A DNA stretch of 64,000 nt from NCBI GenBank assembly GCA_028534125.1, contig CM052824.1, forward strand, positions 37,386,001 through 37,450,000. The letters are read 5' to 3'. Shown here one piece after another: positions 12,901-44,158 of this stretch. Position 1 is the stretch's first letter, and each line of letters begins with the position of its first letter. A model generated the notes under the pieces. That model ran no database searches and had not been told where the DNA came from. It worked only from the letters and a program-made list of their open reading frames with translations. This stretch comes from Lama glama (taxonomy: Eukaryota). The position numbers were made by a program, and so were the translations under genes.

Positions 12901-14998
12901 CTCAGTTCTGTTTTCCGTATAAGCTTGCCCATAGGTATTCTTGTTTCTTGGGCCCTGAATGTGGACTTGCCTTGTTAGACTATTGATGGACAGCAGCAGC
13001 CGGGGCTCCATATTCTATGTGGTGGCCTTGCCAGGGAACATGACCACCACTGATAACCTTATTTCTGAGGGACATTTTACTCTGAGTGCCAACGTCCAAA
13101 TCACAGGTGACTTTCTGAATGCAGCTTTGGTCATAGACTGTGGACCACCTTTAATTCTGGAATCTGTTTGAATGTCAGGAACGTGAGGATCATCCCCGGA
13201 GAGGCCGGGAGGATCGGCCGCACCGAGAGCCATCAGGACAGGAGCACAAACGAGCCCGGAACAGTGACCGAGACAGACGTCACGGCCATTCCCACCAGAG
13301 GAGAAGCTCGAACGAGAGGCCTGGGAGCGGGCAGCCTCAGGGACGGGATCGAGACGTTCAGAACCTGCAGGCTCAGGAAGCAGAGCGGGAGTTTCACAAC
13401 GCCCGGCGCCGGGAGCACCGGCAGAAGAATGACATTAGCAGCAGTGGGAATGCGTCTCAGGACCCGGTTCCTCGGCCTGGCAGCAACAACAAAGACAAGG
13501 AGGTGCCTGCTAAAGAAAAGCCCAGCTTTGAACTTTCTGGGGCCCTTCTTGAGGACACCAACACCTACCGGGGTGTCGTCATTAAATACAGCGAGCCCCC
13601 AGAAGCACGTATCCCCAAGAAACGGTGGCGTCTCTACCCCTTTAAAAACGATGAGGTGCTTCCAGTGATGTACATCCACCGACAAAGCGCTTACCTCCTG
13701 GGCCGACACCGCCGCATCGCAGACATTCCCATTGATCACCCCTCATGTTCAAAGCAGCACGCCGTCTTTCAGTACCGGTGAGTGTCCTCAGAAAGAAGCT
13801 GAAGTGCCGGCAGAAGCCGGCTGTCTGGGTCAGTTACGATTACTAAGATCTGTGTACGTGTGTGTGCAGAAGCAGACCACACCCCTCTTATCGAATACTA
13901 GTCTTAAGGAGTATTATTAATCTAACAAATAATCACCTTATATAAACTTTCACATTTGTATAAGAGGATGGACCTTGGTGGCAGAAATCCAGATTTTGAA
14001 TCCTGCCACTGCCACTGCCACTGACCAGGTGTTTGACCTGGGGCAAGTCACTCTTTGGGCCTCAGTTTCTAGCTACCTCACAGGGCTATTATGAGGATGC
14101 CTGGCTTGTGTTAGCTGAATCTATATCTGGACAGTTCCTGTGGTACATCTGTTACTGTTGGATGTTCACAGCAGTCCTGTGAGGAGGCTACGACAAGTAT
14201 TAAAACCCCGTTTGACAGATGAGAAGATGAAGCTAGCAAAAAGCCCAGCGCATCCCTAGTAAATAATTGCTGTAGTAGAACTTGGGCTCAAATCGGTTTT
14301 GATTTGAACAGTTTTGATCATCTTGTCTGTTCCTTTGACCCTGAAGGATCTGCTGGTTTATTTCCATCAGGACAGGAGCTAAAATATGTTGAAAAATTGA
14401 TGAAAGAAACATTGTATTGATTATAAACAGTGCAAAAAATGTATTACTTAATTATGACGAAAGGCCTTGGATTCTGCCTTTTAAGCTTTTGATCTTACCG
14501 TGAAGTCCCTCCCTCATTCCCCAGTGACCAGTTCTCACCGTTTTTCTTTAAGTATATGTAACCTGCTCTGCATTTCCAAATCCATGGCCATGCCTTCGCC
14601 TCGACTTCCTAGAGTTTGAACTTGAACTGTGTCCAAGTGAGGTTACTGACATCATCTTGGCTACGCAGCAAAAAGAGCTGGATGATCTGAGGCAGGATTT
14701 CACCTACAGGTTTCCCTCCTTTCTCTCTCCTAGGCTTGTGGAATACACCCGTGCTGATGGGACAGTCGGCCGCAGGGTGAAGCCCTATATCATTGACCTT
14801 GGCTCAGGCAATGGAACGTTCCTGAACAACAAGCGAATTGAGCCACAGAGATACTACGAACTGAAGGAAAAGGATGTACTGAAATTTGGGTTCAGCAGCA
14901 GAGAGTATGTTCTGCTTCACGAGTCCTCTGACACCTCTGAAGTGGACAGGAAAGAAGACGAGGATGACGAGGAGGAGGAGGAGGTGTCTGACAGCTAG
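2754..14998 (+). CDS. SNIP1: Smad nuclear interacting protein 1 (FHA-domain RES-complex spliceosomal protein), 397 aa; exons 2754-2980, 4265-4367, 13179-13777, 14734-14998
   Basis: The join is 227+103+599+265=1194 nt, open throughout, with GT-AG introns. It reads [16 protein letters not shown]... and has the FHA region [29 protein letters not shown]|[31 protein letters not shown] and an acidic C-terminus. Confidence 0.97.
4265..4367 (+). CDS. SNIP1: SNIP1 exon 2
   Basis: Acceptor aatag|; encodes [34 protein letters not shown]; donor CAG|gtgagt. Confidence 0.95.
5107..5474. mobile_element. MaLR solo LTR (MLT1-like) inserted in an L1 remnant
   Basis: TGTGTTAGTTTGCTAGG...ACAAAATACCACAGACTG...GACCTTATCTCCAAA...ATTCAGTCCATACCA is the typical MLT1 layout; TG...CA termini. 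Confidence 0.7.
5696..6870 (-). mobile_element. L1 remnant (antisense, ORF2 3' region)
   Basis: Minus-strand peptides resemble L1 ORF2 (QLIFDKGA..., FNKWCW...); T-rich strand. Confidence 0.75.
6916..7038 (-). mobile_element. tRNA-derived SINE, vic-1-like (camelid)
   Basis: Reverse complement of a TAGCTCAGTGGTAGAGCACGTGCTTAGCATGCAGGA..GTCCTGGGTTCAATCCCCAG head (A and B boxes) with a (TAAA)n tail. Confidence 0.8.
8845..9840 (-). mobile_element. L1 3' end and 3' UTR (antisense)
   Basis: GAAGTATAGTCAGTTTACAATGTTGTGTC 3' end; ORF 9427..9927 resembles L1 ORF2 ([36 protein letters not shown]). Confidence 0.85.
9845..9958 (-). mobile_element. vic-1-like SINE
   Basis: tRNA-like head in reverse complement, with an internal 13-nt-period duplication CTGAGCTATAC x2. 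Confidence 0.7.
9990..11450 (-). mobile_element. LINE-2 remnant (ORF2-derived; approximate)
   Basis: ORF 10109..10954 contains L2-like decayed peptide (KPQP...[18 protein letters not shown]). Confidence 0.6.
11887..12034. mobile_element. Tigger2-like short non-autonomous DNA transposon
   Basis: TA|CAGTTGACCCTTGAACAACACAGGTTTGAA start; degenerate TIR GAGGGCAGACTG at the end. Confidence 0.7.
12112..12800 (-). mobile_element. L1 3' UTR (antisense), two gaps inside
   Basis: TTTACAATGTTGTGTCAAATT...CCCTGTGCTATACAG...CCCCTGGTAACCACAAG...TTAGATTCCACATATGAG. Confidence 0.8.
13179..13777 (+). CDS. SNIP1: SNIP1 exon 3
   Basis: Acceptor tgtcag|GAA; open frame EREDHPRR...AVFQYR; donor CG|gtgagt. Confidence 0.95.
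14734..14998 (+). CDS. SNIP1: SNIP1 exon 4 (coding part)
   Basis: Polypyrimidine tract plus tag| acceptor; stop TAG at 14996-14998. Confidence 0.95.
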
Positions 14999-16187
14999 CA
15001 AACTGGGAAACAGCCCAAACTCTCGAGAGACCGGTTTTCTCTTCGAAGGCTTTGGGATTGACTCAAAGGGCACCATGGTGCTCTCTGTAATGCCTCTTAC
15101 TGCCTTAAGTCTTTCCTCTGTTGCTGACCAGCTTCTGCTCCAGTGCAAGACTTTTGACTTCTGTTTGGTTGAACTTTTTTCTGTGGTGCAGCAGCCGCAC
15201 GCCTGTGGGCATCTGTTTTCAGAGCAGTCTCACCAACCCATCGTGTTCTAGTAGAAGCACTGTGGCTTTAGTTGGTGCTTTCAGAACTGCTGCCTAGGAG
15301 ACTATAAACCCTTAGCTAAAGGGGAATTGTGGCTTGTTCTCTTTGTATAGTTACTTTATTTATATAGTCGCTAAGCTTCGTGGACTGGGTTTGTTTTCAT
15401 TTTGGGGGCAGACCCCTGAACAGAGAATCTTACTAAGCTTTGGTTATCACCAAAACCGCCTCCAGAACATACCAAAGCTTTGACCTGATTGAGCTCTTGA
15501 GTCATAGAAATTGATTTTGCACTTCGTTATTTGAGGTGGGGGCGGGGGGATTTACTACATGACCTCATTATTGACTGTTGGGCTTAGACGCTATGTGGAG
15601 CCTGCTTAAACTTGACTGTACAGGAAGATCATGGCCACTGCCAGCAGGTGCTGATTCAGTGTCACAAGAGGCTGAAGTGGGTCGTGGCTCTGTTTCCTGT
15701 GAGAGAACTCTGATTGGAGCATGTACATAACAGTTTTGGTCATCTAATCTGTTCTTCAATTTTGCATTTTTATTTAGACATTATCTTCTTCTTTGAGAAA
15801 CACACTGTCATTTATGTGGCAGGGTCCTTGCTTTATTCTAATAACGTATATGTGTCTAAAGGAGGTTGTGTGGTTTACATGTTTCATCTTTTTTAAAATA
15901 ATGTTCAGAGAGGTTGTTTTACCTTCCCAAGGCTGGAATTGCGCATGGGAATTGCCCAATTTCCTAATTTTCCACCAGAGGAATATGTGTAAGTAGAAAA
16001 GTCATAACTACTTACATCTGTTGTGTGTGCGTGTGTGTGTGTATATATATATTAAAAAAATTGTGTGTGAAAGAGCTGCATATTGATTTCCACATGAGAA
16101 TGTTTTGTGATGTAAATGTAATACTACATCATAGGCAAAGGCCTCCCTGCATTTGAAGAGCAGGTTTTCATTTATATGTATTTTTGG

Positions 16188-16203
16188 AATAAAAAATAAT
16201 AAA
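16188..16203 (+). terminator. Candidate SNIP1 polyadenylation signals (two AATAAA)
   Basis: AATAAA at 16188-16193 and 16198-16203, about 1.2 kb after the stop. A more distal AATAAA is at 17138-17143. Confidence 0.55.
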
Positions 16204-18319
16204 ATTTGTAAATATAACCCCATTTCAAGGTGTATCTTCTTTCCAAGCATTGAGGACCTTGTATCCATAGGAGTATTTGCTGCTAAAGAAATCTTTGTAG
16301 CAGTATCTTTGCGGTAGAAGTAGACAGTTGTAGAGGGGGTCATGGTAGGTGAGGAGACCCACACCTGCACTGGAGTCGAGATCTTCAAATCTCCGGAGTG
16401 AGCCTTGGTCCTATGGAAGCAGCAGTGTTTTCTGAGTTGGCAGTGAAGGGGTTTTCCTCCCAGAATAGTCAGAGGTGGGGCAGGCTATACATAGTGGGCC
16501 TCGTACCAGTTTACCCTTGTCCCTGCTGTTTCACCCTCCGGTGGTCACGGGGGAGCAGGGCGGGGAGAAAGGAAAGAGGGTGCAGCTCAGTCGGTGCTGC
16601 TGCTGACTTGTTCCTCTTGGGTCGAAACTGATGATACTATGAGAGTGTCTTCCTTACCGTTGTTTTTCCATTAAGGTCTCACATCCTTCTGTGTACTCAG
16701 GGTCAAAGGTTGACCAGTGTGGGGAGGGGCAGCTGACTTTTTGTTTATTCAAAAGAAATGGAAAGATCCCCTTGGAGGAGTGAACAGTGAGTAAGGTCAA
16801 TTAGGTGAAAGGTCAGATGAGGGAAGCCACAGTTGGCATCGTCCCCCAGTGTCCTCTATACTGGCCACTATAACTGCTGTTTTCCTGATTTTGATATATG
16901 CCATAGATCATGTATTACATATGTGCATGTCTGAAAGGTTTTGTATTGATGAGTTTTCCTCTTGATCCAGACTGGTGATGGTTTTCTCTTTCTGGAATTA
17001 GGCACTAACCTGGCATCTCACTCCAGGCACTCCTTGTTGAATTTGTGTAACAACTGCTCCCAGGGAGCCTTGGGCTTGGCTTCAGGCACCAGCCTGGCGG
17101 GCACTGTGATAGATGAGCACTTTGTCTACATTTTTTCAATAAAAGGTCCTAATTGGGTAGCAAACGTTTGCTTCCTGGATTAAGAGATTCTTCAGATTCT
17201 TCATGCAAAATATCTGGGAAGGTGCCCCCTCTACACACACACAGACACACTTTTTTTTTTTAAGAGAGAGAGTCAAAGACACTAATCTCCAAAGCCAGAT
17301 ATCATCAGCAGACTTCTCATTTGAAGTTGACATAATTCTAAACCTTTCTTTTTGAATTAATTCACTGCTTAGAAACTTATGTTCACCTTAGCTATTTGCA
17401 ATTGCTTTATTCCCCACCTTTTTCTCCACCCTGGCTAGCTAGCTTGTCAGCAAGTCAAGGTGCCAAAATCAAGTGATCTGCGAAACAGCCCTTTGCTTCT
17501 GAGCCCCTGCCCCAAATCCTGTGGTCATCTACCGTTCTGCTGAGATACAGGACAGAATCATCAGATTGTCCCCGTAAGCCTCTACCCAGTCATTTTCTAG
17601 TTCCCTATTTCTGACATTGACAAAGGATAGCTCATTAAGCGCAACTGGTGATGGAACTCTTAAATACTTTCTCGTATCCTGATGATAAGGGAAAGCAGGG
17701 TAATCAATTCAAATAACTGAAAATTTTTCTTAAAATTTTATATTATTGTACTGAGACTCCAACATACATCTATATAGCTTCGTTTTTAAAGCCTTAGAAC
17801 TTAAATATATATATTTCAGGTTGATTATTATTTGGTATTGTGCAGAGATGGTTGTATTTTTTTAACATCTTTCCCTTTGTGGAAATTAGTTGTGGATGTG
17901 AGGAACAAAATGATACCCTGCTAATCAGCCTAAGTGTGATGTGCACGTAACACACCAGCAATGCCTCCTTGTGAGATAATGCTCTGATTATAGGATGTTC
18001 CTGGGTAAGTTTATATCAAGTGAAAGGGCTACTTGATTTAAATTGAAGCATTGGAATTTAAAGCTCCATTTGGTCTCCTGGGTAAACTTCCTAGTACATT
18101 TACATCATTGTAAAAGACAGTGGATTCCTTCATATTTACTCTAAAGTTAAAGTGAATTAATCCAACCAATCAATGGTTACATAAGCTTGCTATGCTAGCA
18201 ACTGGTTTACAGCTATGAGTTAGAAATGCAGCACTAATTTGGAGGTGGGCTGTACCTTGTGCAAGAGATGGTATTTGGGGTACACCTTAGAGACAGGGAG
18301 GTTTTGTGTTTTTTTTTTT

Positions 18320-18800
18320 TAATTGAAGTATAGTTGATTTACAGTGCTGTATTAGTTTCTGATGTACAGCATAGTGATTTATACACATACATACATATTC
18401 TTTATTACAGGTTACTACAAGCCATTGAATATAGCTCCCTGTGCTATACAGTAGGACCTTGTTGTTTATCTATTTTGTACCTAGTAGTTTGTATCAGCCA
18501 ATCCCAAACTCCCAATTTATCCCTCCCTTCCCCCTTTCCTCTTTGGTAATCATAAGTTTGTTTTCTATGTCTGTGAGTCTCTTTCTGTTCTGTAAATAAG
18601 TTCATCTGTGTCATTTTTTTTAGATTCCACAAATAAGTGATATCATATGATAATTGTCTTTCTCTGACTGACTGACTTCTTCAATTAGCATGATAATCCT
18701 AGGTCCAACCATGTTGTTGCAAATGACATTATTTCATTCCTTTTTATGGCTGAGTAGTATTTCATTGTATACATATACCACATTTTCTTTATCCAGAGAA
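18320..18800 (-). mobile_element. L1 3' UTR (antisense)
   Basis: TTGAAGTATAGTTGATTTAC...CCCTGTGCTATACAGTAGGACCTTG...TTAGATTCCACAAATAAGTG. Confidence 0.8.
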
Positions 18801-21172
18801 TAGGTAGATTTTAAACCAATGGTAGAGAAGGGCATTGTTTTAGACGGAGCAGTCCGAGAGACAGCAGGACTGGAGTGAAGTATGTGGAGAGGATCCTATA
18901 AAATCATTTACCTGAGGTCCCTCAGCAAGGCTGTGCTAGAGCTGGGGTGGTAATCACCTCCGTCCTTGTTCAGTGGTCTTTCCTCTGGAGTCTTCCCTCC
19001 CACCTCCCTAGCAGAGTTTCATGGAGAGGTTTGAGGAGGGAAAAGATAGCTGGTTCATTAGGCTTCCTGATTCACAGGAGGTTCAAGGAAACCCCAGGGG
19101 GTGGGACTTTCACGGGTAGGGAGTGGCTTAGGCAAATTCTGACTTCACCAAGTCATAGTCAGAGCTACTTGGAAATCATCATGCTAATTCACAAAAATAG
19201 ACAAATATTCAATAATCAGGGGCCTAAGAAATGTCATGTACTGAGACCTCTAATAAAATTGACCAATATTCAGCATTTGCTACATACAAGGCACCGTTCT
19301 GAGCATTTTACATGTGCACAAATACATTAACTCATTTCATCCTCATAACCTTGTGAGGCAGGCCTCTATTATCATCACAGTTTGCAGATGCCAAAAGAGG
19401 GAAATATTTCTAGGCAGAGACTAGCACTCAGAAATGCCTAAGGTGATAAATGAGGCTTCGGAAGCACTTGAAGTTGAATAGGGGAAAAGAGGGTGACTGA
19501 GATTTCTGGTGTCTATTAGTGATGAACTAGTTATTTTTCTGAATCCTCCTGCTGAAAACAGCTAAAACTTCTCGATAAAATATAAGCAAAAATTTTTCTT
19601 AAAGCATCCAAAAATTGACAAGTAAGTAGAGAGTTATCAGGCCAGAAGTGTAGATAAACAATAATCCAGAGAGAAATGGAACACAGATGCCTAAAAATTT
19701 ATTAGATCTAAAGGCAAACTGTATTTGATTCTAGCAAATCAGACCTCACCCTGGGTTGAATGGGACAGAAATCAAAACCCAAAGCCCTCATACAATGACT
19801 AGTCAAATAGAATATGTTTCCCACAAAAAGCTGGCATACCAAAGGGCTATACCTTTCAGAATAAGAGAGTAGATCAAAAATTGAATCCTCCCAGAGATTT
19901 GCAGCCTGGGAGATCAGAAAACCTCAAGCTTTGAGCTTGATTTAAGGTGACCCTGTACTATCAGTGCCTCCAGGTGTCTGATAGAAATAAATGAAATTAC
20001 TCTTTGGAGGAAGGGAACTTTTTATCTCCCCCCAGTTATTTCCACATTTTTTCCTGCAAAGATACAATTTTATTTTAAGTACACAAGAAAAGTTTCTCAT
20101 CAACAGAAGTAATGGGTAACAGAAACTGATTGTCAAAGACTTCAGGTACTTACTTGAATTACACGATACTGTAAGTTTGAATTTCTTTGGTGTAATGTGG
20201 AGCAAGGTTGCTTACTATTTAAAGTAAATGTTTCAAACAAGTTAAATCTTCCATATGGACCTCACTGCAGGATTATATGGAGACTTTCCAACAGATAAAG
20301 GCAGTGTGGAGAGATTAACCTCTCAAAGTTGGAGGCCATTCAGAAGTTACAGATGCAGCACAGAAACTTTTAGTGCAAGATCCCAGTCCAAAGGGCAAGA
20401 AGAGATCAGGCAGAGTGTTCCTGTCCTGGAAAGATGCTAAGAGTCTTCGGGAAGGCCAATGGGATGGGAAGAGTGGCAACATGTAGTGTGAGAGGGCAAG
20501 GCCCCGGAATCAAATCGAACAGCTGGGGTGAGGGTAGGGAAGAGAGATGAGCAGGGAAACAGAGTTTGCAGTGGAGAAGTAAGAACAGGACAGAATGCAA
20601 AAGATTCACCTGACAGTGAGGTCTCCATTCTCTGGGTCATTCCTGACTCCTAAAACTTCACCAGCATATGGCTGGAACACAAGGGAAGACCACCTAATGT
20701 TTATTCTATAACTTCTTATAACTCTCAAATTTTATCATATGCATGTGAAATGCCATAAAAAAAAGCCAGTATTGCTGATTATAGAAAAGAGAAAACATCC
20801 TTCCATGCCCGATCTCCTAACCAATCTAATGTGTACGAAACTCTGATTATTCTAACAATCCCTTCCTTTTCCCTTGTTTAAAGTTTTTGGTAGCTGCTTA
20901 GGCTCAAGAACTCCCTAACATCTTTGCAGAACGTTAGGCTTTACACAGGTCTAAGACAAGGCCCTCACACCGTCACTGTTCTTCACTTGGGGTCAGGCTT
21001 GAATCACCTGACAACTCTCTGGTTCCTTCCTTCTTTTCACTCAGTCATTTACCCTAATAAAATCTTTGCATGTCTAAAAAACAAAACAAAAACAAAAACA
21101 AGGTACTATAAAATGTTCATGGTTATTATTTTCAAAGAAATAAGTGACAAAACTTGAAAAGAACTGCAGGGT

Positions 21173-21300
21173 GGGGAGGGTATAGCTCAAGTGGTGGAGC
21201 ACATGCTTAGCATGCAGGAAGTCCTGGGTTTAATCCCCAGTACTTCCTCTAAAAGGAAATAAATAAATAAACAAACCTAATGATCTCCCCCCCTAAAAAA
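21173..21300 (+). mobile_element. vic-1-like SINE (sense)
   Basis: GGGGAGGGTATAGCTCAAGTGGTGGAGCACATGCTTAGCATGCAGGAAGTCCTGGGTTTAATCCCCAG followed by AAATAAATAAACAAACCTAATGATCTCCCCC. Confidence 0.85.
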
Positions 21301-21309
21301 AGCCTAATG

Positions 21310-22560
21310 AAAATACCCATAGGGAACAAGAAATGGCAATAAGTGAAACGGAAGTTATTTAAAAGATCAACTAGAACGTTCAGAGGTGAAAAAGACAGTA
21401 ACTAAATCCATCAATGGATAGAAACTTCAGAGAGACCTAGTGAACTGGAAAATAGGTCAAAAGAAATTATCCATGCATATAAATTTAACAACTTAAAGGA
21501 AATAGATCAATTCCTCAAAAATCATAAACTACCAAAATTCACCTGATATTTTGATCATCTGAACAGACCTATAACTATCAAAAATTTTGAATTTGTAATT
21601 AAAAAGAACTTCCAAAAAATATACAAGCCCAGATGGTGATGGTTTCATTGAAGTCTATCAATCATTTCAAGAATTAGCACCATTCTACATCATCTCTTCT
21701 AGAAATTAGAAAAGTGAGGAATACCTCCCAACTCATTTTATGAGGCCATTATTATTTTAATACAAAAACATACAGGACAGTACCAAAAAAACAACTACAG
21801 ACCAATATCCCATGAACTTAGCTACTAAAATCTTCAATAAAATATTAGTAAATTGAATCCAGCAATATATAAAAAGAATTATACAACACAGCTAAGGGGT
21901 TTATTCCAGATATGCAAAGCTGCTTCAGTATTTGAAAATGAATCTATGTAATCCACTAGATCAAGAGGCTAATGAATAAACATCATATGATCATGTCAAT
22001 TGATACAGGAAAAGCAGTTGACAAAATTCAATATTCGTTCATGATAAAAACTCTCAGTATACCAGGAATAGAAGGGAATTCACTCAACTTGATAAAGGGC
22101 ATCTGCAAAAAACCCACAGCTAACATCATGCTTAATGGTGAATGACTGAATATCTTCCTCTTAAGGTAGGGAACGAGTCAAGAATTTCCACTCTGACCAT
22201 TCTTTTTTTTGAGGTATAGTTGACTTACAGTGTTGTGTTAGTTTCAGGTGTACAGCAAAGTGATAAAGTTAAAAATATATACATATATGTATTCTTTTTC
22301 AGATTGTTTTCCACAAAAGGTTATTACAACATACTGAATATAGTTCCCTGTGCTATACAGTAGGTCCTTGTGCTCTGACCATTGTTATTCAACACAGCAC
22401 TGGAAGTCTAGCCTGCACAGTAAGGCAAGAAGGGGAAATAAAAAGCACACAGATTGGAAAGGAAACAAAAAATAAAACTCCCTATTTGCAAATGAAATGA
22501 TTGTCTACCTAAAAAATCCCAAGGAATCTACAAAAAAAACTCCTAGGTAAATAAATAAAG
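21310..22560 (+). mobile_element. Old L1 ORF2 remnant (sense), interrupted by a younger antisense L1 end at about 22205-22370
   Basis: A-rich strand with L1 ORF2-like text (GAAATAGATCAATTCCTC..AAACTACCAAAA; AAAACAACTACAGACCAATATCCC; GATACAGGAAAAGCAGTTGACAAAATTCAA). Confidence 0.75.
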
Positions 22561-22825
22561 GAGTTCATCAAGACCCCAGGTTACAAGATCAACACATAAA
22601 AGAAATTATCCAGAATGTAGCAGAGAGACAAAAGGATGGAAAAAACAGTGGGTAAAATTAAAAAAAAAAAAAAGGATTCTTATGATTCTTATGTATAAGT
22701 TCCAAAAGGAGAGCGAAAACAAGGCAGAGGGGCATGAAGAAAAATAACTCAGAATTTCCCAGAACTTATGAAAGTGCAAATCCACAGATTGAAGAAACAC
22801 AAAAGACTTTCAAAGCAAGGTGAGA

Positions 22826-22925
22826 AAAAAAGAAGGAAGGAGGGAGGAAGGAAGGAAGGGGGGAAGAGGGGAAGGAAGGAAGGAAGTGGGGAAGGAGGGA
22901 GGAAGGAGGAAAGGAGGGAAGGAAA
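22826..22925. repeat. Polypurine (GGAA/GGGA)n tract
   Basis: About 100 nt of almost pure purines. Confidence 0.9.
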
Positions 22926-23689
22926 TGAAAGAAAATCCTGCCTAGATTCATGATAGTGAAATTGCAGAACCCTGAAAAATGGAGAGAGCTGAGGCTGGAG
23001 AAGTAATCAGGGGGCAGGTGAAAACAAAGTTAACAATATTGGATTTACGATTTTACTTAAGTAGGCCTTAATACTTTCCAAGCCCCTTACATTAAGTGAT
23101 TTATCCTCAGACCGATTGTATTTGGCAGGTACTGTTATTACTCCGTTTTGTAGATGAGGAAGTTGAGACCAGTGAAATTTAGTTACCCGCCCAAAGGGGC
23201 ACAGCTTATCAATGGTAGAGGTAAGATTTTGAGTAAGGTAGTTCTGGCTCATTTGTGTTTTTAACCATCACACACATTCTTCTCCTCCAAAGGGCAATGA
23301 GAGGCCATTGAAATGTTTTAATCAGGGGAGTGACACATTTGTTTTCCAAAAACAAATCATCCTGGTATCATTGTCGATAAAGGATTAAATGGAGCTAAGG
23401 GTGGAAATAGGAGGCTGTTGGAATAATGTACGCCAGAATAGGGAGGACCTGGATGAACGAGGGAGGTGGCAGACAAAAGAAAATACATTTGCGGGCTCTT
23501 CCGGGGTCCACAGGATTTGGGTTTTGGATGGACCAAGGGGGTGAAGGAGAGAAGGATGGTACCCAGGTTTCTGACTAGGGCAATTCGGGGGACGATGAAA
23601 GTCATTCACTGAGGAGACTTCGGAGAAGTCTGATTTTGGGCACAGTATATTTGTTGTGCAAAAAATTGACTGGGTCCAAGAAAAGAGCC

Positions 23690-43362
<19,673 letters not shown>

Positions 43363-43658
43363 AAGACTGCTAGTGCCCGAGCTCCCCGGCCGTAGAGCCC
43401 TGCTCCCCTCCTCCGACCTCGCAGAGAGAAGCTTCCCTCACCCGAGTGCGTGACCGTCCACCGCTGCTTCCCCAGACCCGGCGCCTGTGACTCTGAGTAG
43501 TTTCTTCTGAAATGTGACAAACAAGTCATTTCTGTAAGACCACATCGGATCATTTACTTTGTGTCATTTTTAGTAACAGAACTGCAGAAAGGCCCGAGAC
43601 ATGGTTATAATCCCAGCAAGTTGCTAACCGTGCGCTTCTCCCTTCTTAGAATGAATGT

Positions 43659-44158
43659 NNNNNNNNNNNNNNNNNNNNNNNNNNNNNNNNNNNNNNNNNN
43701 NNNNNNNNNNNNNNNNNNNNNNNNNNNNNNNNNNNNNNNNNNNNNNNNNNNNNNNNNNNNNNNNNNNNNNNNNNNNNNNNNNNNNNNNNNNNNNNNNNNN
43801 NNNNNNNNNNNNNNNNNNNNNNNNNNNNNNNNNNNNNNNNNNNNNNNNNNNNNNNNNNNNNNNNNNNNNNNNNNNNNNNNNNNNNNNNNNNNNNNNNNNN
43901 NNNNNNNNNNNNNNNNNNNNNNNNNNNNNNNNNNNNNNNNNNNNNNNNNNNNNNNNNNNNNNNNNNNNNNNNNNNNNNNNNNNNNNNNNNNNNNNNNNNN
44001 NNNNNNNNNNNNNNNNNNNNNNNNNNNNNNNNNNNNNNNNNNNNNNNNNNNNNNNNNNNNNNNNNNNNNNNNNNNNNNNNNNNNNNNNNNNNNNNNNNNN
44101 NNNNNNNNNNNNNNNNNNNNNNNNNNNNNNNNNNNNNNNNNNNNNNNNNNNNNNNNNN
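43659..44158. other. 500-N assembly gap flanked by an identical 199-bp direct repeat (43460-43658 = 44159-44357)
   Basis: The sequence before the gap recurs after it at an offset of 699. Other gaps: 5513-5695, 9437-9592, 12226-12325, 12633-12770, 35892-36053, 38409-38588, 42061-42256, 56233-56372. Confidence 0.95.

Noticed and set aside
13168-13739. Overlapping ORFs 13168..13668 (+) and 13233..13739 (-) on SNIP1 exon 3
   Set aside because: They are shadow frames of a GC-rich coding exon with no independent evidence. The same applies to ORFs over ZC3H12A exon 6 and the CpG islands.
16629-16740. Box C/D snoRNA-like TGATGA...CTGA downstream of SNIP1
   Set aside because: There is no terminal stem or convincing C'/D' boxes, and it is not intronic; likely chance.
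21173-21245. tRNA-Ala-like gene (also at about 6970-7038, 9870-9958, 32600-32670 and 51400-51471)
   Set aside because: These are diverged heads followed by a shared SINE tail; they are SINE copies, not tRNA genes.
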